A stretch of DNA of 62,995 bases, filler included, from Choristocarpus tenellus KU-1152 (lineage: Eukaryota > Protista > Phaeophyceae), in the NCBI GenBank assembly GCA_964200185.2. It is 10 parts of 10 records of this genome, joined end to end, with 100 filler letters (N's around TTAATTAATTAA, not from the genome) between each part and the next. Parts side by side here need not be neighbours in the genome. Positions count along the whole stretch, not along the records: positions 7,413 to 16,154 come from CAXNAD020004380.1; positions 16,255 to 26,018 come from CAXNAD020003414.1; 8 more parts are not named here. One strand, given 5' to 3'. Position 1 is the first letter of the stretch; each line of letters opens with the position of its first letter. Positions 12,019 to 25,061 of the stretch are shown here, in pieces. The notes under the pieces were generated by a model. That model saw only the letters and a list, made by a program, of their open reading frames with translations. It did not search any database and had not been told where the DNA came from. A program made the translations under genes and the position numbers.

Positions 12019-13821
12019 CTAATGTTTCTGTGCTTGCCACGAGACTTTATACTGTTTTGGACCCACTCTAACCCAAATCAATCCCTCAGGAAACAAAACT
12101 CGTCGTGAGATGCTATCCCCGCACTCTCTACCCTCATGTCCACTTGTCTTCCCCTTCCCAAATAGTAGCTCACCACGCTCACAGAATCTCCATCCGAATG
12201 TCAGGTGCAGTAGCCCCCTTGGCCAGGTCACCCCAACAATTTCCTGGTTGAAGTTACACCCAAAGATTATCTCAACAAGCCCATCCGGCCACTTAATTTT
12301 CTCTATCGGTCTGTCGAAGTTCCTCCCAAATTGTAGCTTTCTCAGACCCTTGGGCCAAACCACTTCAGACACCCGTCGATTAAAACTGTCTCCAAAAGAA
12401 AGTTCCTCTAGACTGATAGGAAATGATACTCCAGAAGATGGAGGCAATGCCTCCAATTCTTGATCAAAACTTGAGCCAAATGTCAGATGACGGAGCCTGC
12501 TGGGCCACACCACATCGTCCACTGGCTGGTTGAATCTACCTGCTAAAATAAGCACTTCCAAGCCAGGCGGCCATGATATCCCAGCTAGGGGCTGATCAAA
12601 GCAGTCACCGAATCTCAGCTCCTGAAGCCTTGCAGGCCAAGGTATTCGTGCCAAAGGCTGATTGAACTTTAATCCAAATGTTAATTTAGAAAGACCTGGT
12701 GGCCATACTAACCCTGCCAAAGGCTGATCAAACTGGTCACCAAAATGTAACTGTGTCAGGCCAAGTGGCAAGGCCAGCCCATCAATGCGCTGATTGAAGC
12801 TCTTACCTAGGTTAAGACGGCGAAGGCCGGGTAGAATTCCCGTCAGATCTTTTCTTCCACCAGCTCTGAAAGGTGAATTGAAGGCACCCCCCAAGTCAAG
12901 GAGCTCAAGACCATCAGGCCACATGACCCCCTCCACCGGTCTGTTGAACGCACGACCAAAAGTGAGCTTCCTCAGATTTGCTGGGAAGGCGGTACACATG
13001 ATGTTCTGATTGAATATCCCCTCAAGATTCAGCAATTCCAGTGACTCAGGCCATACCACGCCATCCAACGACTGGTTGAAAGAGGGACCCAAGCAAAGCG
13101 AAAGTAGCCCAGTCGGCCAGGACACCATCGTAATGTCTTGATCGAACTTCAAGCCGAAGGTAATATATCTGAGACCTTGTGGCCACATCACACCATCCAG
13201 AGGTTGATTGAACATGGCCCCAAAAGTTATCTTCTTGAGGTTCTTGGGCCACTTTACCCCGTCGATCTTCATGCTGAAGTTATAGCCCAACGAGATATGC
13301 TCAAGTCCCCTTGTGGGCCAGGCAATATTGTCCAAGATCTCATTGAATAGGGGGCCAAAAGATAGACAATTAATTTCGGCAGGCCATGGAATTACGTTCG
13401 CCTTGCTTCGCCTCTCACCCTCCTGATGGTCCTTGACGTAGAGGTCTTCAACAGTTTTGTGCCAGATTACGTGGATCACTCTTGGAGGAGGGATTCTACC
13501 CCGTCCTCGCACTTGGTATCCTGTCTCCACTTCTTCGACCTCAACACAGCCATCACCACCATCACCACCATCGTAACTTCCGGGGTTGTGTTCGTTCCGA
13601 GGTTGGTTCATAGGCCACACGTAATTTAGGTTCTCGTTAGTAACCCTCATTGTGCATGGAATTGCTCGGCATTGGGCACAAACTTCTACACACGTGGCTT
13701 GAAGGTTCCTCAGCTGGGGAAACTGGAGCCATCCGGAGGAGCCTACCACGCTCAGGGCTCTGAGCAAGCCCACACCCCTCTCGCGCTTCCAGTCTGCCCT
13801 TTTCTCCCTTCCAGTCTGCAT
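12019..13821 (-). CDS. FNIP-repeat (LRR-like) protein, 600 aa
   Basis: About 18 repeats of ~22 aa with consensus WPxxLxxLxFGxxFNQPLxxxx in one uninterrupted 1.8-kb ORF. A possible acceptor just upstream of the ATG means a small 5' exon cannot be excluded. Confidence 0.93.
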   Translation of the reverse strand: MQTGREKRADWKRERGVGLLRALSVVGSSGWLQFPQLRNLQATCVEVCAQCRAIPCTMRVTNENLNYVWPMNQPRNEHNPGSYDGGDGGDGCVEVEEVETGYQVRGRGRIPPPRVIHVIWHKTVEDLYVKDHQEGERRSKANVIPWPAEINCLSFGPLFNEILDNIAWPTRGLEHISLGYNFSMKIDGVKWPKNLKKITFGAMFNQPLDGVMWPQGLRYITFGLKFDQDITMVSWPTGLLSLCLGPSFNQSLDGVVWPESLELLNLEGIFNQNIMCTAFPANLRKLTFGRAFNRPVEGVMWPDGLELLDLGGAFNSPFRAGGRKDLTGILPGLRRLNLGKSFNQRIDGLALPLGLTQLHFGDQFDQPLAGLVWPPGLSKLTFGLKFNQPLARIPWPARLQELRFGDCFDQPLAGISWPPGLEVLILAGRFNQPVDDVVWPSRLRHLTFGSSFDQELEALPPSSGVSFPISLEELSFGDSFNRRVSEVVWPKGLRKLQFGRNFDRPIEKIKWPDGLVEIIFGCNFNQEIVGVTWPRGLLHLTFGWRFCERGELLFGKGKTSGHEGRECGDSISRRVLFPEGLIWVRVGPKQYKVSWQAQKH

Positions 13822-14991
13822 ACCGACCTTCGCAGAGGGGTGTACGTTAGCCCCGGATCAGAATGTTTAGCAAAGAGCAGGGAATAGAAAGTATACACCA
13901 ATGGCCTTCATGGTGACGATAGTGACGTGGGTCTGAACCTACATATGTGACATTGGTTACCTCTGTGTTGTGTTCAGTTTTGATGTTGTTGGTAGTGTGG
14001 AAAAGGACGGTAAGGAAATTAAGAGGATGCGAACATCTCCTGATTGCGGACGGACGGGGGTATTACATAAATATTGTATCAATAATAACATTATTTTGTT
14101 TGTGTTGATCTTTTCCAATATTTCAAGATGTTGTGTGTTACCTCCTTTTTTCAACAACACGAAATATCTTTACCCGACTTGAAAATCACAACAATAATTT
14201 GATCTACCCCAACGCGTTCTGTCCAGGACTAAGGTTGGTCTTGCCTCCGTCCCACACCCCATTCATAGCCTCTGCAGATTCTGCGCAGGAAGGAGTAAAG
14301 TAGAGAGACCGTGGCGATAGTGTAGACCATATCACTGACGATGATGATCCTTCTCGTGGAACGTCCAAACATAGCCTCTATACCACCGTATTCTCTCGAA
14401 TACTAAGGTGCGAACATTCGGGAATTGACAAAGGTCGTAGCTAGTTTCTTCATAATGTACATATATTATAGGTCTTACGACCAAATCAGTTATGTCATCA
14501 TTGTAGAGATACAGTCCATGTTAGAGATAGAGTTGGCGTCTGGAGAGAGCTCAGAGTCTGAATCATTTCGATTACCATGATAGGAATCCATTGTAAATTT
14601 CCCATACCTATAACCACGTGATTAGAAGAGAGTTATCGAAATATCTTGATATCTTTGCAGACTAGGAACCTTGGAAAATACTAATGGATTGAATGGTTTT
14701 CCTCTTTTTGACCACTCCTTCCGTCGTAGACCTTCCTCTACCCTTGCAGACACATTTTATACGTAAGGCACCTCGCTGGATTAAAGATCATCTGGACATA
14801 ATACCTCTACACAAACAAACCCCACACACATACCTGAGCGCCCCTTTCACTGCCAATTCACAATATCCATAATACCAAAGGTTTGATTTCCAAGAGCCAC
14901 GATATCTGTCAGCAGAAAATTCTATCCGCCAACCTGTGTAACACTTCGAGTTCAAGCAAAACAGTATGTATATACTCTCCTGTTGTGCACT

Positions 14992-15246
14992 GAGTGAAAG
15001 TATCTTAGAGAGTACGAGTTCGGCCCTGTTTGTCCGTTTGGGACTTGGCTTCCCATGGGTTTTTATGACATTTTCCTACTCCGAAACATTTCGAGTAGGT
15101 AAAATGTGTACGTTATCAAAAGGTGTGTCCGAAACAGGGATATTGACACTTCCTCACAAACATGATAATCAAATTGCATCAAAATTGTAACATTGGATTT
15201 TGGCCCCCAAACAGACATGGATCTACCCTTTAAGTTAGTTTGACTC
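14992..15246 (+). mobile_element. MITE family A (~258 bp), full-length copy
   Basis: Termini GAGTGAAAGTATCTTAGAG...TTTGACTC, a central inverted repeat, and flanking ACT/ACT 3-bp duplication. Confidence 0.85.
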
Positions 15247-17692
15247 ACTACTAGCATACATACTCTCGAATGATACAGTGCAATATCCCATTAATAAATA
15301 TAATGCAAATGTAGACTCAGAGATGGCACAGCCACAAGCTCATCGATGCAAGCAGCCCCAAAGGACTTGAGAAACAATAACTTGAGATCACAACAGCTGA
15401 CTCATATGGAGCTGAGCAGAAAGGCTTCATCTGTACATGCTGTGTACGGTCAATCACAGAACAATGGTTAGCCTTCATCTAACTTGACTCTGTGGGCTTT
15501 ATAATCCATTTAGCATATATGAATCTCAGACGGTTACCGAGCCAAAACAGAACAGACATGCCCGGACAACACAAAGAATTGCAGATATTCTTTGATCCAA
15601 ACCAATGGAGAGGTATGGTGGTTTGGACCGTTCTGCTTTCCAAGCCATCTTTCTTACCCTGTGCAGTATACTATTTTCATTACCTTTTGTGCATAATAGT
15701 AGACGTAAAAATTATATTTTCTCTTTCACACAAAAAGTAACACTGCAAGCAGGCTCTTTCTGGACTTGTACCTCACGTACAAAATTGTGTCTTTTTGACC
15801 TTTCTCGGGATCTTTAAATACAATACTGCGTACTACCAGTTGGTTTGACTTATTTAGGGTTGAGATATTGCGATATTATAACAACACAATAATTTAGGAC
15901 TGTGCACTGGCCAATACATATACCCATTGCTCCTCACTGATCACAAACTCAAAATTAGCCCTTCTCTCAGCAGGGTCTATAGTGGAGACTCTTCTCCTGA
16001 GAGCTTTTGCCTTACTTTACTGTCTCTCATGGATCAGAATCTACAACACTCCAGGAGTACGGACTTGCCAGCAGAACACCATCTTATTAAAAGAGTAAAG
16101 CAAAAGCGTCAGGGGGGAAACCAATGAAAACTATATACATATGTGTATATAAAANNNNNNNNNNNNNNNNNNNNNNNNNNNNNNNNNNNNNNNNNNNNTT
16201 AATTAATTAANNNNNNNNNNNNNNNNNNNNNNNNNNNNNNNNNNNNNNNNNNNNAACGGACGCCCCCTCACAAACCCCCCCCCCCCCTCAGATACTTTGA
16301 CCCATATCTCCGGACACAACTTTCATAGTCGTGTACGTTTTAGGTATCTGTGTTCACGCAGAAAACCAAAAAAGGTAAAAAAAAAAGATTGTGGGAAACT
16401 AAGCCCCAAACGGACAAACAGGGCAAAAATCCTACCCTCTTAAGTGATTGAGACTGATTAGAGAGATAGAAGAGACCTCAAATGTAAGAACGGTCTTCCT
16501 CGCTACACAAGGACGTTGAATCCATAGTGTTGTGCGGAGCACTGTGTAGATCAGGATTGTCAGCAATTACCCTCAACTCTGAAAAGAGCAGCCTACATAC
16601 AATGTAACTGACACAAGGGTATAGAATCATTGGTGTAACATGTCAATTTAAGAAAATATGATAATACCTGTGAGAAAAGATCATTTGGAGATCATTACTG
16701 CCAGAACGGGCTGTCCTCAAAGTCTGTACTTTGTCGGCTGCAACCTTTCCGCACTGCCCTTGCTCCACCTCATAAAGTGACTACTTGGTGCAGCTTGTCA
16801 TAGGATTAGGGTTAGAGTTAGTTGTCACATCGCCAGCTACTACGGTAAATAGTGAAGTGAGTGGTGCCTCTGACCATGAGACAGCAAAGTCCTCACACAA
16901 AAGTGAAGAAATAATAATATTGAGGATGACATGATAAAAACACGGATAATGTCAACGATACCTAGGGTTAGGGTTAGGGTTAACTATATAAATATAACAT
17001 CGACAATGTCGTAGACCTGCATAGAACCCCTATATTGGCGACTGCACTGGAACCCAACGTCCTCCGCCCAACAGGTTCCAAAAGCATAGAAAGTAGGTAT
17101 ATTTAAATTTAAAAAACCTCGAGCACATGTCAGCAGTGACAGTTTTGCATCCTCCGTTTAAATTCGACGTGCATTCCAGAGAGCTATGCATGAAGATGGA
17201 TATTCAATGTTTTCTTGTGTTCAATGGTGTACTTGGCTAAGTTGAAGGTTGTCTTGTTTATGAAAATACAAGTGAAACGATTGTCGCCACTGTATATTTC
17301 CCCTACCCCTAGACACTAACCCTAACCCGAATAGTGGACTACTGTTGCAGAAGCTTCAAGAATCTGCTTGGTGTATGCGTTGATAGTAACTAGTAAGATA
17401 TAACGCCTGTCAGCACAATATAACGCCTGCCATACGTGGTATGACCCGATGATACCAAGAGTAATAATTGCACCAATAAAAACAACCGACTAAAAACGTT
17501 AAAATATCAACAGTGCACACTCTGAAGCAAAGAAGGCAGTTACCTGACTTTCAACAGGTCGTGTATGCCAGTCTACTGGGCGAAGGGAGAGCAATGCTGA
17601 GAGTTGTTAGGGTTAGGGTTATGCCAGCTGGTAGTGGATTGCTCTTTCACATGCAGGAGCCCATGCTTGTCGAGTGCCATGGCCCCCTGAAA

Positions 17693-17875
17693 GGGTCAAA
17701 GTATCTGGGGGCGGGGGGGTGTCCGCGTCGGTTTTTCACCCTTTTTTCGATTTCCACTTTTTTGGTGTGATTTGATCGCATGTATCGGATTTGAAATGTC
17801 AGCAAAAAAAAGACCTTTTTGATCGAAACGGATGCCCCCTCACAAACCACCCCCCATCCCCAGATACTTTCACCC
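17693..17875 (+). mobile_element. MITE family B1 (~183 bp) with G/C-tract subterminal regions
   Basis: GGGTCAAAGTATCTGGGGG...CCCCAGATACTTTCACCC flanked by AAA/AAA. Partial copies of this or a related family sit at contig ends: 7413-7484, 16255-16303, 32314-32385, 32486-32554, 52576-52647, 59416-59500. Confidence 0.85.
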
Positions 17876-18604
17876 AAACTGCACATTCACATTCCACAGT
17901 ACTAGAGAGTGAGTGAGCTATACACGGATGCCACATACATATCTCATACCCAAAGATCTGTCTTCTTTATTTTTATGGGGGTTTTTTCATCTAGTATTGA
18001 TTGAAGAGGGTTTCCAATAGTAATGGTCCGAAACAGGGACAATAGGGGAATGTGAATGCAAAACCTCGCTGAAGGGCAGTCCAGGGTCTTGAAAGTGGTC
18101 ACTTGTCATCCTTAGGTCCTGAGTAGAACTTTAGATGGAAAATTAGTAGCATTACTTCCCCAGCAACGAACAGGGCTTGCTGCCTCTCTCACTGGATGCC
18201 TAAGGTGTTACAAAAACTCGCCCCTATCTAGAGCCCCTCTCCTTCTATTGATGGGGAAAAGAAATTTCCTCAACTTTCTCGGGCTCCTTTGGACTGTGTG
18301 GTGTTCACCAGATATCGATTTCAGCTATCATTGGTGGGATGATCACACAACCAGTATCAAAGAAGGTCATCATGTAGTAAAATTGTAGATATAGGTCATA
18401 TGAATTTGAGGCAGGGACAAACACTCTCAAATTTTTTGGGGGGGGGGACGAGATTCAATCATACTATCGAATAATTGATTTGATTATTACTGCAGTGTTC
18501 TCTTCTCAACCTTGGGTGCCACACGAAAATGACTAATTCTATAGTTATATTTCTGTTGTGGTAGTCGTACAGTCACGTTCTGGAAAAAAAAAAAAAGTTG
18601 AATT

Positions 18605-18884
18605 GAACCAAAGCATTTTACGAGGTTAGGAGTTTTGCCCTGTTTGTCCATTTGGGGCTTGCCTTCCCAAGTTGTTTTTTTTCGTTCCTGCTCCGAACCG
18701 TTTCGAAGTAGGTAATATGTACATGTTTTGGAGTAGGCACAATATATAAAACTATGATAAGGAGTCCGAAACAAGGATATTTACACTTCCTAACAAACAT
18801 GATAGCCAATCTTACATTAAAATCACAAAATTGGATTTTGGACCCCAAATGGACACTACTCTACGCTCTAAAATACTTTGACTC
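18605..18884 (+). mobile_element. MITE family A, copy with a degenerate left end
   Basis: Colinear with the other A copies and ends TACTTTGACTC. Confidence 0.75.
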
Positions 18885-19860
18885 ATTGACCCAGCGGCGA
18901 TACCTGCAGTGCCTCTTCCAGGAGGACAAAAATTCGTGGCTGCTTTGAACTTTCAAATATATTTCTTCCATTTTCTCAACACTTACAGCATTCAAGAATA
19001 GTGTAAGAAGTCCCCGCTCTCTACTATTGTATGATTATCCAAAGGACGCTGTCAAAATTGTCTCACATAGGCGATAGTGCCTGATTGAATTGTGTTCGCA
19101 CATAGGACTGCCATGCGGTACTGGTACTGTTGAGGAGGTTTTGGACAATAATGAGGCGTCAGAATATGCACATATTGTAGTCAGATTGTTTATGTAAGGC
19201 TTGTGGGCTTCTTGAAAGGAGGAGTGTGCATGACACCCCTCTTGAGCTAGACTCTTCAACAGGACCCATGCGATATACCCTTCTAGCAAAATAGTCTTCC
19301 TGAGTGAGTTTGAAATGGCGTTAAACCTAGATATAGGATTAGGGCGGGCTAAGGTGTCCATGTTGCTTTCCAGCCCTCTTTGAAATGAAAAATTATGTCT
19401 GTGATCTCAAGCAGACATCTGACAGGTTTTTTGTTAATATCTGTTGAAGGGGTTGATATTAAAATAAATTACTTCAACCGATGTCACTATTTCTTCCGAC
19501 ATATCTGTTGGACTGCATATATTCGTGGCATTTTCTATCTACTTTCATTGAGGTATATGTGTGTTTGTGTAGGCAAGTCCTTCCATCTCAATGGGATTTT
19601 TTTGTAAAACACAACTGACTGCAGGATACTTCTGAAGACATAAGTTTTCGTTGCAGTTGTTGTGAGCTTCCAAAGGAATGACTCTTGAAGATGACGAAAA
19701 AAAACTTAATGATATTGCACACTTCATTACCAAATTTCCTCTGATAACAGTGCAAGGGGGAGATTAACATCAAGGTAGTAGCACCTGCCATTGTACAAAG
19801 AACCAATTATCTTCTCTCAATGTGGCTCACGTCATCACCATGTCACCACTGTCCTACTAG

Positions 19861-20461
19861 ATTGATCAGAACGGTCGAGTAATTGACCTGGAGAAGCAGA
19901 AGAGCAAGCTACACATCATTGAGCAAGAGTTCAAACAGGCAGAAAAGATTGAGTACTGGAGGCAAAAGGAGGTGGGTAGGTATGGCACAACAGGAGGGAG
20001 TTGGAGAGACTGGAGAGGACGGTTGGCTGAGATAACAGAAGGGGAACAAGCACAATGCTGAAAGGCACAAAGTGCAAAACTACGGTTGAGATTGCAAAGC
20101 AAAACTAAACAGAAAGCAAAGTAACAGAGGGGACAAAGATGGATTACTTCATACCATAGATGCTAGCATACACATGCCACCTCCACCCACCCATCTGCAT
20201 CATGAACAACATGCATACAACACACACACACTCACACACCATTGTGATATGTTTGGCAACCACTACTAAGCTCCGCACATCCTAATTTCTCACTGCGGGA
20301 ATCATAGGAAGAGGAGATGCGACAGCGTGTGCAAAAGAAGAGGACCTTGGCATTAGAAAAGGCTAGGAAGGAGGATATGGTCGCCAGGTTACAGGAGGAC
20401 CGCAGGATCCGCCAAGAGGTGAAACCAAAATATATCGCAGCCCTGACCTAACTCATTTCTT

Positions 20462-20519
<58 letters not shown>

Positions 20520-23500
20520 AAACTCCCAATTTCTTCTTCTTTATTGCCCTGAACAGTAGAGCTCGTGCCTGACAAGTGGCGGTACGAAAAATACCTTACA
20601 GAGGGGAACCAATGTATACGGGATGTGCCCAGGTTTTTAGTCGTTTTGTATTTTTTTCCATTTTTGCACAATTTTTCTTGCCATCCGCCAACTAAGAAAT
20701 GAGGGGTCACCGACGACGGCATGAAATCGACTGCTGATGGTGTCAGGTCTACAAAAAAAATGATGTCAGCTTTTACTTGCATATAGTCAAACCACAACTT
20801 GGACCCATATTGAAACCCTTTTTACTTCACTGATACCTGCACCATATCAGCCACAAAGGTACTCTTTTGCTTCTGAGCAAAACGTATTCGGGTGCGGAAA
20901 GGGGGCCAAATTTTCAGGGCACTTTGTTTCGAAGAGCTACTGCCATTGCCATAGCCTTCTTGGCTTTGGGTACACGTCCAGGAACAGTAATGTCTACGAT
21001 CCAAGTATGCAATGTACATATTGCAGTAGGAACACCATTGCTAAGAATTGTCCGATACGTTTCTTGTGTGTAGCTGCAAAGGTTACGTTGGTGTGAAGTA
21101 AAGACACTGACCTAAGAGCCCAACATCTTGAAAACAAAAATGACTAAAGTGTGCATAGGACAGAAAATATAATACCTGTAAAAAAACATATGTATTTACG
21201 TATCGATATGTCATTGAGTGTAGACCACCTCACCTCTCGCATACAATCTACACTTCATGATGTGCCACACCATATACATAACGATCAAGATATAATTCAG
21301 CAAACCAGGAAACAACAAAAACTATCTGATACAATGAAAAAAAAATGTCTTACCGAACAGAAAGCCGCGTGAATATTGGCAAGGAGCTATTACAAAGGAA
21401 ACACTGTCTCAAAAATTGCACCCCAGAGAACTAAAGGGACCCCTAACCCTAGTCCTAGTACCATTAAGAGCTATAACACGCCCTTACTACTCAAAAGACT
21501 AAGCTCGCTTGTCGTATTGATCTAGCCGAAAAAATTTATCCCATACCCTAACCGTAACCCTTGATGTTAGAATAATCACTAGCACCTACCTCTCCACATT
21601 GAGTCAAAGTATCTTAGAGGGTAGAGCCGCGTCCATTTAGGGGCCAAAATCCAATGTTGTGATTTTGATGTAATTTTGGCTATCATGTTTGTTAGGAAGT
21701 GTCAATATCCTTGTTCCAGACACACCTATTAAAAACATATACATTTTACCGACTCCAAAACATTTCAGAGAAGGAAAATATCATTAAAAACACGTGGGAA
21801 TCCAAGCTCCAAATGAACAAATAGAGCAAAACTCGTACCCTCTAAGATACTTTCACTCATTGCCCGTTCAGATCGTACGCACTGCCCTCGAAGCCCAGAG
21901 GGAGGGGAGTGGAGGGGGGTTGGTTCTACCTCGAGGCACCTGCCAAGTCAAGGGCAGTTGTATTAGGAGAGGCAGCACCCGAAGAAAAAGAACACAGACC
22001 CACATGGGCAGCTCCACCTCAGATCGACCGGTACGTTGTTTCAGGCAAAATTCTGAGGCTAGAAGGGGGTAATATTAGGGATGCTTCGGGAGAGCTATGC
22101 ATCGTGTTGACTCCATTTGTAGCAATGTTATTCCTTCTGTTGTGTGAATATTTTTGATTGCATAAATCTTACGAGATTAGTCGCAGAGATATGAAGGTTT
22201 TGTGACTGCGCTTGTGGCTGTTCTTGTTTTTTGATGGCTGTGTCTATCTATCTAGCCATCTAGCCACCTCTCTATCTATCTACTACATATCTATGTGTGT
22301 ATATTTCTTGCTTCCTTCCATGCTCCTTATGCTCATCTAGGGGACATTTGTGCACTGCAAGTCTCGTGCTTTCTGAATTCAAATGAGGGGATCAATTCAA
22401 TATGAGAGGCAAATATCTGGGATTATGGAGCACAGTCAACAATCCTATTTGTAAGCTTCGACCCACTCCCTGGAATGCGAAAATAGCCCTCAGGGATATG
22501 GCATGATTATATTTCTCTGAAGCTAGAACTTGGTTCGGATCAGGTTCGGTCACCATAATGGTATACTTGCACATGTATTGATGACCTTCACAATAAGGAA
22601 AAACAAATTCAATTCGAGGTCATTGCGGGTTGTCTCCTCTCTACCATATGCATAGAGAGTATCGTGTTTGCATCACTACATGGTGGTACTAACTCCTAAA
22701 ATATGTTATGACAACCACAAAGTCTAGATTGTAAAGAGTGGAGTCATAAAACAGGCATATTTCCGCCAGGGCTAACTTCCTTAGGAAAAACAACTAAAAT
22801 GGAGATGCAAACACACACATACACATATACAGTCGTTAGGGGGAGTACGAGCTACAGCATTTGGAACCAGGGTGGAGTGCACAAGACTGTCTTTCACACC
22901 CATAACTTGCAACCATTAACATATTACGGAAAATGCAAAATGTCCTAAAACTGCTGCTGAGGGATGACGTTTTTTTCTATCAATGTCACGACATTATGCT
23001 TTCTATGTTGATCCCTGGTGCTGATTGACATTTCCCAACTATCTTCTGTTGACAACACTATTCACGGAATGGAGGGAAAGGGTAGCTATTTCAATATTTT
23101 CCGTAACTGATGGGAAAAAGAGGAGACATCGTCTTGATTGAGTGCCCCACTCTCCCTCCAACACACGTGCCACCCTCTGGACAGAACATGCCTGATGATT
23201 TGAATGTCTCCTACATTTTAATAACATACACTGTTCAGATTAGTGTAGCGACCATATGTAGCAATAGTTGTGTGTTTGTCAACTTCTGGTGTTGCTTACT
23301 GCTCATTAATATCTTCAGGTAGTCCATTATTTATCTCAAGAATGTGCCATGGAAAACGAGAGGTGACCAGGGTTGCATTTCAAAGATGCTGGCAAAAGTG
23401 CGAAATTCAGTTTTTTTACAAGTTATATATATGGACTACTCTGAACTCTGTCGAAGAGTTTCAAAGAATAACAGAAATCAAAGCTCTCAAGTCAAAGCTA

Positions 23501-23939
23501 GCAATTCATCCATAGAAGCGAGGGTGAATAGCGAAAGATTAACAAAATGCCTCCAAATGAAAAACGACCTATACCTGGGCACCTCTTTTTATTTTGGTTC
23601 AAAGTACTATACTATGGTTGCAGCTTCCCTTCACGGCATTTGGTCATGTGCGTCTCCCCCACTCCCACACCATTGCTACTCCCAACTGTACTCTAACAGC
23701 TCCAGGGAGACACATCACCTGCTAACAAGTCCGACTCCAAACAGATATCAGGGCAAACCTTTGTCACTGAAGGGGGCAGGCTTGATAGTGCAGGGTCTCA
23801 TATGGCACAGGAGGGCATGGCTGGGCCTGGGCAGGAGGAAGAGGATAGGCTAGGACTGAGGACAGATTTAGAAGACAGAGATGGTGGAGGGACTACATTC
23901 GAAATGAATGCCCTCGATCTTATTCAAAAGGAACTCTAA
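19861..23939 (+). CDS. Conserved coiled-coil protein resembling the ERICH3 N-terminal region (possibly ciliary); 5' exon(s) not found
   Basis: Phase-0 exons 19861-19971 (IDQNGRVIDLEKQKSKLHIIEQEFKQAEKIEYWRQKE), 20308-20418 (EEEMRQRVQKKRTLALEKARKEDMVARLQEDRRIRQE), 21872-22030, and 23700-23939 (stop TAA). All have AG/GT borders. The last exon is less certain. Confidence 0.7.
20462..20519 (+). repeat. (CAA)n microsatellite
   Basis: About 19 perfect units inside an intron. Confidence 0.95.
21601..21858 (-). mobile_element. MITE family A, full-length, reverse orientation
   Basis: GAGTCAAAGTATCTTAGAGGG...CCCTCTAAGATACTTTCACTC with ATT/ATT flanks. Confidence 0.9.
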
Positions 23940-24541
23940 TATCTCGTGCTGAGAGTAAATGTAGATAGTATTGGATCACCCTTGCAAGGGAAACAATGCA
24001 AATGAAAGAGCTTGTGTTATCTATACATACATTGCAGAAATAATGTTTATCATCCAGAATGGGGAGTGTGGGTCAAGGGACCCATCCACTAACCCTACTC
24101 AAATATGACGAGAAGGAATACCTCCTGTTCACTTGGTGAAATGAGAATAATAGTCTAGGGGGAGTTCCCCAGTATATATTTGTTAACAGTGTACAGCTTT
24201 GATGCCACGAACTTCTGCTCTATTTTCGAGATGAATCAGGGGTTGACATGGTCATGTGAAGATCTGGAAGGAATGTACACCTATGCAGTATGCAACAGTG
24301 TATATGTTTAACTATTCCAACAACAAAATACCAACAGCATTGCCAGTGTACAGGGTGCATGGAAACTTGAAGGCTGAGGATAGTTGAACAATTCAGATTG
24401 GACTATTTGAAATTGGGCACAGAGCTGTCGAGTATATTTGGTATCTCATATTCCACCCAGATAATTATATCAACAAGTTTACTCTTGCTGTGGTTGATAC
24501 AACCTTTGAGACTATTATGAGGAAGAGTACATGTATGCAAT

Positions 24542-25061
24542 ATGTGATAGTATCTTAGAGGGTACGAGTTTTGCCCTGTTTTCCATTTTGGGCCTGGCTT
24601 CCTACGGCTTCTTAATAACATTTCACCTACTCCAAAATGTTTTGGAGTAGGTAAAACGTGAGTGAAAGTATATTAGAGGGTACGAGTTTTGCCCTGTTTG
24701 TCCATCTGGGGTTTGGCTTCCCACGGGTTTTTCATGACATTTTACCTACTCCGAAATGTTTCGGAGTAGGTAAAATGTGTAAGTTATAAAAAGGAGTGTC
24801 CAGAACAAGGATATTGGCATCTCCTAACAAACACGGTAGCCAAAATAACATCAAAATTGCAGCATCGGATTTGGTTCCCAAATGGACGCGGCTCTACCCT
24901 CTAAGATACTTTGACTCACGTATACATTATGAAAAGGTGTGTCCGGAACAAGGATATTGGCATCTCCTAACAAACACGATAGCCAAAATTACATCAATAT
25001 TGCAACATTGGATTTTGACCCCTAAATGGACGCGGCTCTACCCTCTACGATAATTTGACTC
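24542..25061 (+). mobile_element. Nested MITE A: inner copy 24660-24917 inserted into an outer copy
   Basis: Removing 24660-24917 plus one ACGT restores a colinear A element. Confidence 0.88.

Noticed and set aside
20453-20797. Poly-Cys ORF
   Set aside because: Antisense reading of the (CAA)n microsatellite.
20822-21073. Nested antisense exon within the coiled-coil gene intron
   Set aside because: A donor-like site is present, but there are no partner exons or recognisable protein.
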